From an uncultured Methanosarcinaceae archaeon (GTDB lineage: Archaea > Halobacteriota > Methanosarcinia > Methanosarcinales > Methanosarcinaceae), in the NCBI GenBank assembly GCA_963833425.1, contig CAWHXP010000002.1, positions 160,001 through 224,000 of the forward strand: a DNA stretch of 64,000 bases, written 5' to 3'. The notes under the pieces are model-generated. The model had not been told where the DNA came from, made no database searches, and saw only the letters and a program-made list of their open reading frames with translations. Below, one piece after another: positions 23,647 to 32,281 of the stretch. How positions within the stretch are numbered: the first letter of the stretch is position 1; each line of letters opens with the position of its first letter. A program made the translations under genes and the position numbers.

Positions 23647-23677
23647 ATTTATAGCTTCTTTGATAAAATCTATGGAA
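23647..23677. repeat. 31-bp palindromic site family copy (degenerate)
   Basis: ATTTATAGCTTCT-TTGAT-AAAATCTATGGAA. Confidence 0.5.
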
Positions 23678-23769
23678 AGGATTGACTATATCTGGTATCA
23701 AGATTATAATGTATGGAATCCACATCTGAAGCAGTGAGTACCTTACATTATAATCGTAAGAATGAGATC

Positions 23770-23800
23770 ATACATATGCTTTATCACAAAAACTGTGCAT
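23770..23800. repeat. 31-bp palindromic site family copy
   Basis: ATACATATGCTTT-ATCAC-AAAAACTGTGCAT. Confidence 0.75.
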
Positions 23801-24247
23801 CAATATAAAAAAACAATTTCTTTTTCGTTGTGAAAAAAACACAGAGTCATTCATAATTTACAGATTTGTAGGTACATTTTCGTGAGAGTTGAGTTGGCTT
23901 TAAAACTTTAATATTTTTTCAAGAAAAAGGACTTTAAAATCAGAGACTTGCCAAAAAATTCTCAGATGGAAATAATGTGATCTTGAACATAATTTTCGAA
24001 TAAGGATGTTAGAGATCATATGAGCTTACATACTATCAGATGAAAGTTCAATATATTGAAGGATAAAAATAAATAAAAATTAAGTAACTATTCAATCTAC
24101 AAATAGAATTTATTTAGTCTATTTAGATAAAGTTTCTTCGTTATAGTACCAAGCTATGTAATTATAGAAATTAATTTCATTTGTTTTGATGTATGCTTTC
24201 ATATTAATCTCTTTGGAAATTTAAGATAAGTACTTACTAACGATTCT

Positions 24248-24823
24248 TTAGATTTTAATAGGAGTACTTACTAACAATTTTTTAGCCAAGTCTACCTTGT
24301 ATTCAACGGGCTCCTGGCTTAATGGCTCTGGCTCAACATGCAATACCTTTAATGTGGATATGTCGATTATATTCGGGTTCATTGCAGCTGTTTTGAATGC
24401 TATTTTTTCAAGATCTTCATCTGTTTTAGACTTGGCTCCAAAATAATCATGGATATGTACAACTTTTCCATTGCTGTCATAAAGTACACACCTTTTATCT
24501 ATCGTCGTAGCAGTAGGATTCCAAGCAAAATCAGCACGCAATACACCTCTGATCGTACAAGTCCCAGAACCTGATGGGTGAGCATACATGAAATAGGTTA
24601 TTTCAGTTGCATTAGAGATCTCAGCTGCACTCGCATTTATCTGTTTATCGACCCCAGCATCCACGACACTTGCGACTCCTACACCCGAAGTTCCCCATCC
24701 ATCTAAACCAGTCATATACGCCTCTGCAAACACATGTACACCTGATGTGTCTCCAGAATAAGTGTGAGTCCAGGCGTGGTAATTATTAGTTATCGTGGCG
24801 GGAAAAATCCATAGATTATCCAT
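24248..24823 (-). CDS. Hypothetical protein (191 aa)
   Basis: ATG preceded by GAGGA on the minus strand; protein-like composition; no family recognised. Confidence 0.75.
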   Translation of the reverse strand: MDNLWIFPATITNNYHAWTHTYSGDTSGVHVFAEAYMTGLDGWGTSGVGVASVVDAGVDKQINASAAEISNATEITYFMYAHPSGSGTCTIRGVLRADFAWNPTATTIDKRCVLYDSNGKVVHIHDYFGAKSKTDEDLEKIAFKTAAMNPNIIDISTLKVLHVEPEPLSQEPVEYKVDLAKKLLVSTPIKI

Positions 24824-25150
24824 ATAAGTGTCCTCCTATATACTTTTAGTATTCATAATTGTACTATTATATTATGTTATATTTTTATTTAAATATTTTA
24901 AATCTTTAGATATGTATATTATATTGGTTGTTTTTTATGTAACTTGAATGGCTAAAATAAAACATTTACAACATTTAATATTAAGTTATCTATCAAAAAA
25001 ATAATTTTCAAATGAAAAATAATTCTATATTAAAAATAATTTTATATGAAATTTTTGTAATAAAAAAATTTAGCAAAATACCCACTATCTTTTTTGTTTG
25101 GCTAAATGCTTGTTTTTCCATTTGCTTAGACTCCAAAATGTTGTTTAATT

Positions 25151-25540
25151 TTATTGCGGATGCTCTAGATAATATAACGCCTGCAATGCTGGTTTGTTAT
25201 ACGGTTTAAGTTTTAGTGAATTTTTGTAATCAAAGATTGCTGCTGCTTTATCGCCTTTAATTTCGTCAAAGACTCCTTTTGCATTCCAACCAAAGAAATT
25301 GTTTGGATCAAGCATCAAGCCTTTATCTACATAATTTTCTGCTTCATCTTTTTTACCTTGATTCATTAGGGTTCAATAAAAGTGCATGGTCAATTGCTTC
25401 ACTAGCTTCATTCATCTTAAATTCACCAGCTAGAGCATTTACTTTATAATATCACGCGTTAGCATCTTTCGGATCTAGATTAATTGCTTTATTAAAAATT
25501 AATATGAAGTCATCGTTTTGTTTGGCGTTAAACAGATCTT
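25151..25540 (-). pseudogene. Truncated TPR protein
   Basis: Manual translation FNKAINLDPKDANA*YYKVNAL...AIDHALLLNP, then a frameshift into the 71-aa ORF (GLMLDPNNFFGWNAKG). Confidence 0.7.
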
Positions 25541-25569
25541 GCAAATGTTTTCACACAAAACCTATGTAT
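25539..25569. repeat. 31-bp palindromic site family copy
   Basis: TTGCAAATGTTTT-CACAC-AAAACCTATGTAT. Confidence 0.7.
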
Positions 25570-26130
25570 TTTTTAGATCACTTCAATTACATCAGAAGTA
25601 TGTAAGTTCTATTCAAGATACCCTTTCTTAATTACGCTCTGCTCTTCACGAACTTAGCGTTACATCTTTTGAGTACCAGTTAGTACCGTCCATCCAAGTT
25701 CGTAGGCATGATTATTGTCCCCAAAATAATATATCCTAAGTAAATTATTTTTTAGAATTGTTGATAAAAGTGCACTTTCAGGCTTTGATGGTTGACTATT
25801 TGCATCTATTGGTCTTGGAGATTTTATCACATGTTTCACCTTGCTATCGTATTTTTTTGTTGTTACTTTTAAAATACATAATTTTTTCCTGAATTATTTA
25901 AAATTAATTGCACAAAAATTAGTTTATAATTAAAATTAGCTTTCTGATGAAATTTTTTAAGACCACTAAATAATCAAATACTAATGAAGTCATATTACTA
26001 GTTTCTAAATAAGCTTATTTCAGCGTGAAACGTTGTAAAAATCAACTGCGATTTGATATTAATCACATTATTTAATTATTATAAAATAGATAATGTCTAG
26101 TCAATAGTTTTACAAGAAAGAAGAAATTTT

Positions 26131-26180
26131 GGTTCCGTTGCAAAAATAATTTTTCTGCAGTGTGATACTATAAATTTTAT
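26131..26180. mobile_element. Solo IS6-type end / MITE fragment
   Basis: GGTTCCGTTGCAAAAATAATTTTTCTGCA...ACTATAAATTTTA matches the reverse complement of the 45097-45146 MITE end. Confidence 0.7.
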
Positions 26181-26568
26181 TTTTTTTGAAGGAGTTAATA
26201 TTGAAGAATCTGAACTTAGAGCAGCTTACTATTTAAAATTTGAACAGCTTTCTAAAGTGAAGACATGATCCTTTCATTTATCGCGAAAATTTAGTTCTCT
26301 ATCAACTAACTAGGATGAAATTACCATATTTGAAAGATATTCTCTGCGGCTGTATACCTATATTTTGCAAAATCTTTCCTTTTTTTGCATTTCTAGCGCT
26401 TTTTGTTTTTTCATAAGTTCTTTTAATGTTGGTGGGACTATATACCCATTCTCAAGGTTTTTAATATCCGCAATGTACATGGGCTTTTTTATATAGCCAT
26501 TATTATTTGTATATACCTATTTTTTCTGCTTTTTGCCACTACAAAAAATAGGACTTATAGTTTTGCTT

Positions 26569-26599
26569 ATATGGAAATTTTCATACAATTCATGTGCAT
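26569..26599. repeat. 31-bp palindromic site family copy (degenerate)
   Basis: ATATGGAAATTTT-CATAC-AATTCATGTGCAT. Confidence 0.45.
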
Positions 26600-26681
26600 C
26601 TTAGGGTTAAGATAATTCAAATATTTGGACAAAAATAGAAATCAGTATTAAGATCAATAGTCTCAATATGTTTCTAGATTT

Positions 26682-27176
26682 TTAATCCATAAATTCTCGA
26701 AGAAGGCACTCGATTTTAGAGTCCAGATCTCTAGCAATAACGAGAGCTTCAGGGTTTCCGTATGGAGCCAGAAAACTGGCTATCTTGTCATACGACAAAT
26801 GCACACCATCTGGCCGCTCATCGACCAGAATTGTAACTGGAGCGTAAGATCCAGCATCGGGAATATGCTTTACCATTTCTTTCATGATGAGCGGATTGCC
26901 GATCAAAAAACGCATGACTTTCGGAGTGTTGAGCCCGTTTTCCTTACGCAAAATAGCGCCTAGATCGAATTTCATGAACATCATCAGCCCCGTTCTACCC
27001 AGACTCCTATGAATTACATTTTTCAGTTCAGCAAAGGTAAGTGCGCACTGAGTTGCTTCCATGAATTCGACCATATCTGTGTGCCCAACAGCCGCTTCTA
27101 GGGCTGCCACGATCACTTCGAATGGCTTGGAAGATATCACGCTGAATCGATCGATCTGGACTTTTTTGATAGTCAT
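26682..27176 (-). CDS. DUF302-domain protein
   Basis: Likely start MTIKKV; IGNPLIM...DAGSYAPVTILVDE...LSYD...ARDLD pattern. Confidence 0.8.
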   Translation of the reverse strand: MTIKKVQIDRFSVISSKPFEVIVAALEAAVGHTDMVEFMEATQCALTFAELKNVIHRSLGRTGLMMFMKFDLGAILRKENGLNTPKVMRFLIGNPLIMKEMVKHIPDAGSYAPVTILVDERPDGVHLSYDKIASFLAPYGNPEALVIARDLDSKIECLLREFMD

Positions 27177-27359
27177 GTTTTCTTTTTCTCCGTAAAACCA
27201 TTTATATATTAGATTCCATTGCAAAAAATTAAAAGAAGATTCACCGAAATAAGTGGCAGTTTAGGAATATATATAATGAATATTTAACAAATATATAATT
27301 CCTTATCTCGAGGCTTCGTAGAATTTAGGAGCTTTTTTACTGTTTTCTGAGAAAATATT

Positions 27360-27390
27360 ATGCAGAGATTATAATGTTAAATCTGTGCAT
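27360..27390. repeat. 31-bp palindromic site family copy
   Basis: ATGCAGAGATTAT-AATGT-TAAATCTGTGCAT. Confidence 0.8.
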
Positions 27391-27464
27391 AATTTGAACA
27401 GAAAATCCACAAAGGAAAAATCATGGATAAATTAGAATTCTCATTGGCATATTGTTATGCCTAA

Positions 27465-28421
27465 CTATTTGACAACTGCATATGCAAAGTGCTCATTTTC
27501 TTGTGTTTGATATTCATCAGTAAGTCCTTTGAAATAACGTTCTTTGATGTCTTCTGGCCTTAAATTTTCTTGGAGACTAAATCCTAAACTTGCTAGCTCA
27601 TCTCCTAAAATTGACGGATTTAAGCCAGTAATCATCGGTTCGCCTATATTTCTTAAATACTCCAACGTTTTTTTCATTCGTGGAGACGATTTCTCAGGGA
27701 TAAAAGCATCGGTATCGAGATAATCAAAAACAATAGTACTATCAGTGGGAGCAATTATTGTGATTGAGTGAAATACTGTAAATATTTCATCACGGGTCAA
27801 ATAAGGGGTAACACCAAGCCAATTAAAGAAGGTTTTAACTTTTTGGTCATAAGAAGATGAGCTAGTTAGTGCTGTTATTAGGCTTTCCTTCGTGAGATCT
27901 ATTGGAATAAAATGTAATTTTGCTGGATGTTTCCATCCCAACTCAGCAATGCGATGGAGCTTAAATTTTTGTGTAGCTGGGTGATCAACCTCAAACACTT
28001 CCAACTCTTCCATCATTTCAGGTTGTCGGAATGCAAATGTATCCATTCCTGCTCCAAGAATCACATACTGCTTTACTCCTTTTTTGATTTCATTTTTTAA
28101 GGCATCTTCAGCATATCGTGCACGGCTATTGAAAAAGCCTTCCAATTTACTGGTTGCTTGTCTTAATAACTCTGGAGTAATTGTTTGCTCAGATTGCAAT
28201 GCAGTATGAGGAAAATCATTCAACGGTAGATCATAGATCATATTTTGTTCAATTAAATGTTGTTCAATTAGTGCCCTTTTTTCCTCGGGTATCAACTCAT
28301 AGGCCAGAAAGTCGTCAAAGATTTTTTGAGTTGCATGTATGGAATGATAGGCACGCATGTAGGCTACCGTCATTGCAGTAAAGCTTGCTTGATTATCTTT
28401 CACTTTTATTGTCTCCTTCAT
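27465..28421 (-). CDS. Class I SAM-dependent methyltransferase (LCM / TIGR00027-like)
   Basis: TAMTVAYMRA, QYVILGAGMDTFAFR, FEVDHPATQ and WLGVTPYL motifs. Confidence 0.9.
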   Translation of the reverse strand: MKETIKVKDNQASFTAMTVAYMRAYHSIHATQKIFDDFLAYELIPEEKRALIEQHLIEQNMIYDLPLNDFPHTALQSEQTITPELLRQATSKLEGFFNSRARYAEDALKNEIKKGVKQYVILGAGMDTFAFRQPEMMEELEVFEVDHPATQKFKLHRIAELGWKHPAKLHFIPIDLTKESLITALTSSSSYDQKVKTFFNWLGVTPYLTRDEIFTVFHSITIIAPTDSTIVFDYLDTDAFIPEKSSPRMKKTLEYLRNIGEPMITGLNPSILGDELASLGFSLQENLRPEDIKERYFKGLTDEYQTQENEHFAYAVVK

Positions 28422-28537
28422 TTAACCATCTATTTTTAATGTAACCTCTCCAAAAAAACAATATCCAGAAAAAAATTATAACGTAAGAAAGTGAATAATG
28501 TTTTGCAGAACAGATCACAAAACTTTTCGAATGGGCT

Positions 28538-28765
28538 CTAAAAAAGTTCAATAAACTCTTCAGGTGTCAAGCCAGACTGCCTGATTATTGACTGCAAAGT
28601 TCCAACAGGAATTTCATTATAGTCAGGGATGATAACGATACGTGTTTCTTCCGATGTTTTCTTTTTCATTTTTATATGGCTGCCCTTTTGTGAAACCACC
28701 TTAAATCCTTGGCTATTGAGACCTTTTATAATCTCATGTGCTGACAGTATGGGAAGTTTTGTCAT
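28538..28765 (-). CDS. hicA: HicA-family toxin
   Basis: LPILSAHEII...GF...QKGSHIKM...GTLQSIIRQSGL; likely start MTKLP. Confidence 0.88.
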   Translation of the reverse strand: MTKLPILSAHEIIKGLNSQGFKVVSQKGSHIKMKKKTSEETRIVIIPDYNEIPVGTLQSIIRQSGLTPEEFIELF

Positions 28766-28976
28766 GGGAGACCTCAATTATTGTGGTAAGAATCGAGCCT
28801 GCAGCAGGGATTTTAACATCTTCATCTTCAAGATAGAGTTCTATAGCCTCTTTAAGATTATCAATTGTTTTTTCAATAGTTTCCCCCTGGCTTGCCACGT
28901 CAAGTTCTGGACACCATGATACGTACCATTCCCCTTCTTTATGGATTACTGCTGAAAACTTATAGGTCTCTTGCAT
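28734..28976 (-). CDS. hicB: HicB-family antitoxin
   Basis: YVSWCPELDVASQGETIEKTIDNLKEAIELYLED; lies upstream of and overlaps hicA. Confidence 0.88.
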   Translation of the reverse strand: MQETYKFSAVIHKEGEWYVSWCPELDVASQGETIEKTIDNLKEAIELYLEDEDVKIPAAGSILTTIIEVSHDKTSHTVST

Positions 28977-29078
28977 ATATGAAAAAAGGTTGTATGCGCT
29001 ATAAAGATTTTCTCAAATATCATTTATTTTGAGAAAGTAATCATATCAGCGCTCATGGTTTACAAAACTGATATTTGA

Positions 29079-29109
29079 ATGCACAGATTTTTCTATAAAA
29101 CCTGTGCAT
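29079..29109. repeat. 31-bp palindromic site family copy (near-perfect)
   Basis: ATGCACAGATTTT-TCTAT-AAAACCTGTGCAT. Confidence 0.88.
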
Positions 29110-29488
29110 TAATGATGATAAAAAACAGAAACTTTGTCAGCATAATAATTGAATCTGCATCATACTTTTTGCAGTGAAATAAAAAATAACCCACATATGA
29201 CACATTTAAATCTTGAGAAGAACCTGATATCGATGAATTCCTCTGTATCTGGTTCCCTCAAGAAAGTAATGAGTTCTCGATCAGCCCACAAGATTCTTCT
29301 TAATGTATTGATAGGATAGCAAAACTATATCATTAATTGAACTGGCAATTGATTGCAATTAATTCAAAACCCAGAAAATAATAAAAAAATGTTTTATTTT
29401 TATCATTGATTGTTTTGAATGAGTATAGAAAAAATTTGGAGACCAGAAAATAAAAAAGTCTCTGGCTTACTGCTGTCTATGATTGGCA

Positions 29489-30688
29489 TTATGCTCGGAA
29501 CCGGGATGCTTCCTCCGAGCCACCTGTGGTATCACCCTCGGTATACGAACGAGCACCGGTCCCTGCCAGCTTTCCGTGGTCCACGATTAAATACTCTTCG
29601 CGGATCTGGCGTCCCTCCAGCCAGCATTCCAGAATCTCTCGAGTACCTGCCGCGTATCTTGCCTGTGCTGAGAGTGAGGTGCCTGAAGTATGTGGTGTCA
29701 TGCCATGATGTGGCATCGTCCGCCAAGGGTGATCCTTCGGCGCCGGCTGTGGGAACCAAACATCACCTGCATAGCCTGCCAGATGCCCGCTCTTCAGCGC
29801 CTGCGCCACAGCATCTCGGTCACATATTTTCCCACGAGCGCAGTTCACAAGGTAGGCTCCCCGTTTCATCTTGCTGATAAGCAAATCGCTAAACATGTTC
29901 TCTGTCTGCGGATGCAACGGTGCATTAATCGTCACTACGTCGCACAAAGGCACCATAGACTCAACATTTGAGTGATATTCCGCATTCAGCTCCTGCTCCA
30001 CTTCCACCGGCAACTGATGCCGTTCCGTGTAGTGAAGTTTAACGCCGAACGGCTTCAGCCGCCTGAGAACTGCCTCTCCAATGCGGCCTGCACCGACCGT
30101 ACCCACATGCATTCCTTCTAGATCATACGACCTGGACACCGCATCCGCGATGTTCCACCCTCCACGTATTACCCACCCATAGGCTGGTATGTAATCCCTC
30201 ACCAGCGCCAGGATCATCATAACCACGTGCTCGCTTACACTGATACTGTTCGAGTAGGTCACTTCCGCTACAGTCAGCCCGTGCTCCCCTGCCGCCTGTA
30301 GATCAACATGGTCCGAGCCGATTCCAGCGGTAATCACTAGTTTTAGTTTACGAGCCTTATTAATTCGGTCGGCAGTTAAGTACGCAGGCCAGAAAGGCTG
30401 CGAAATCACTACGTCTGCATCAATAAGCTCTCTTTCGAACACACTGTCCGACCCGTCCTTGTAAGAAGTTACCACTAAAGTATGCCCAGCAGCCTCCAGG
30501 AATTTCCGCAATCCAAGCTCGCCAGAGACACTTCCAAGCAACTCTCCAGGTCGAAAGTCGATAGCATGGGGCGTAGGTGCCGTCTGCCCATTGGGATACA
30601 GCTCTATTTCCGGTATGTCTTTTCGTGCATACGACGGTGGATAGCCCGTTATCGGGTCGTCGTACAGTACACAAAGGATTTTCACCAA
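29489..30688 (-). CDS. fdh: Metal-independent NAD(P)-dependent formate dehydrogenase (Pseudomonas sp. 101 FDH type)
   Basis: KILCVLYDDP, GELGLR, SQPFWPAY, GIGSDHVDL, GAGRIG, NCARG, GDVWFPQPAPKDHPWR and MTPHTSG motifs; visibly GC-richer than its flanks. Confidence 0.95.
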   Translation of the reverse strand: MVKILCVLYDDPITGYPPSYARKDIPEIELYPNGQTAPTPHAIDFRPGELLGSVSGELGLRKFLEAAGHTLVVTSYKDGSDSVFERELIDADVVISQPFWPAYLTADRINKARKLKLVITAGIGSDHVDLQAAGEHGLTVAEVTYSNSISVSEHVVMMILALVRDYIPAYGWVIRGGWNIADAVSRSYDLEGMHVGTVGAGRIGEAVLRRLKPFGVKLHYTERHQLPVEVEQELNAEYHSNVESMVPLCDVVTINAPLHPQTENMFSDLLISKMKRGAYLVNCARGKICDRDAVAQALKSGHLAGYAGDVWFPQPAPKDHPWRTMPHHGMTPHTSGTSLSAQARYAAGTREILECWLEGRQIREEYLIVDHGKLAGTGARSYTEGDTTGGSEEASRFRA

Positions 30689-31361
30689 AATAAATCACTC
30701 CTTCTCTGCCACAATGACGAGTAAGAGCTATCGAAAAACGTTCCATAACTGAAAGTTGATACACGCAGGGATGTTTGATCAATTTGTGTAGATTTCATCT
30801 TTTTGTCTCCTGTTATGTAACCATTCAGCTTAAAGAATACAACATCAATAACCATCTTTTATTAAATTCTCTTGACAAATTTCAATGAATCCGTTTTTGT
30901 AACCGCTGGATATTGACTATGTTTTTTGTAAATTAAAAAACAATTTTGGATGTATACTATTTCAAAATTGATATTAATTAATTGTTTTCAGTAGGCTGAA
31001 CAGTTATGTTTGGTTTATGTTCCATTCCCTGTGAGCGCCTATTTATAATTTAGGAGTTGCACATTCTATAATCAAATTAAAGAATAGCAAAGCCTAGTGG
31101 AAATATAAACTTAGGAGTTCGATAAATATCTAGGCATGTCAGTGATTGGTCGAAAATCTTATGAATGAAAATATTTCTATAGAACTTATGACAAACCTCG
31201 TATTCTTCGAACAACGGGCACAAGACATGAAAGTACTTGAAAGTGCTTTCATACCAAAGTTTGGATATATTAATCTTTTATAAGATTAATAATTGACAAA
31301 CAATAGTCTTTTATTTAAAACCTTAGAATGATGTACAAATAAATATCTATATATTGTACAA

Positions 31362-32216
31362 GGTTCCGTTGCAAAAAATCCTTTCTACTGATACAATAGA
31401 ATAAAAAGAAAATCAAAGATAGTAATATGCTATCTAATTCCTTTAAATGGAAGCATTATGAAGGAGAAATTATCTTATTAAACGTAAGATGGCACCTAAA
31501 ATACCCATTGAGCTATAGAAATTTAAAGGAAATGATGATAGAAAGGGGAATTCAAGTTGATCACAGTACTATAATGAGATGGGTACATCAATATTCTCCT
31601 GAAATCGAACAAAAGATAAGGAGACATTTAAGACCAACTAATGATTCTTGGAGAGTGGACGAAACTTACTTCAAGGTAAAAGGAGAATGGAAATATCTGT
31701 ATCTTGCAGTTGATTCAACTGGAAACACAGTTGATTTTATGCTAAGTGAAAAACGAGATAGAAAAGCAGCAAAGAGATTCTTTAAGAAAGCTTTGAGTTC
31801 TAATCATAACCAAATTCCGAGAGTAATAACAGTTGATAAGAATCCAGCTTATCCATCTGCTATAGGTAAACTGAAAAATGATAAAATACTACCTAAAAAC
31901 GTAGGTATTCGACAAATCAAGTATTTGAATAACATTATAGAACAAGATCATAGATCTATAAAGCGAATCGTTAATCCAATGTTAGGATTTCAGTCTTTTT
32001 GTACAGCCATCAAGACTTTAAAAGGAATTGAAGCTATGAATATGATCAAAAAAGGACAAGTAAATGATCTAGATTACTCTATTTTTAATGAAGTCAAATA
32101 CATTAATAAATTGTTTGGTATAATTTTATAATGTTAGTACATTTTCCTTGAATATTTTGATTTTTATTTATTACTTATAGATTTACATATTTTTTTGAAT
32201 TTTTTGCAACGGAACC
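31362..32216 (+). mobile_element. IS6-family insertion sequence
   Basis: TIRs GGTTCCGTTGCAAAAAA / TTTTTTGCAACGGAACC; no target duplication seen. Confidence 0.93.
31427..32131 (+). CDS. IS6-family DDE transposase (intact ORF)
   Basis: SWRVDETY, TVDKNPAY and YLNNIIEQDHR motifs. Confidence 0.93.
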   Translation: MLSNSFKWKHYEGEIILLNVRWHLKYPLSYRNLKEMMIERGIQVDHSTIMRWVHQYSPEIEQKIRRHLRPTNDSWRVDETYFKVKGEWKYLYLAVDSTGNTVDFMLSEKRDRKAAKRFFKKALSSNHNQIPRVITVDKNPAYPSAIGKLKNDKILPKNVGIRQIKYLNNIIEQDHRSIKRIVNPMLGFQSFCTAIKTLKGIEAMNMIKKGQVNDLDYSIFNEVKYINKLFGIIL

Positions 32217-32281
32217 CTTTTCTGAAAAGCTAAGGCAATTGGACACCTTGCCTTAGTTTTTCATTCTTAAATTCATCTGCT

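Noticed and set aside
17149..29109. 31-bp palindromes as a CRISPR array
   Set aside because: Spacing is irregular (about 0.1-3.6 kb) with genes in between, the copies are diverged, and no cas genes are present.
29419..30782. Multiple short ORFs overlapping fdh
   Set aside because: Expected from higher GC giving fewer stop codons; no motifs.
31331..31361. TGTACAA-N15-TTGTACA palindrome next to IS6 as another 31-bp site
   Set aside because: Same length, but the arms match the consensus poorly.
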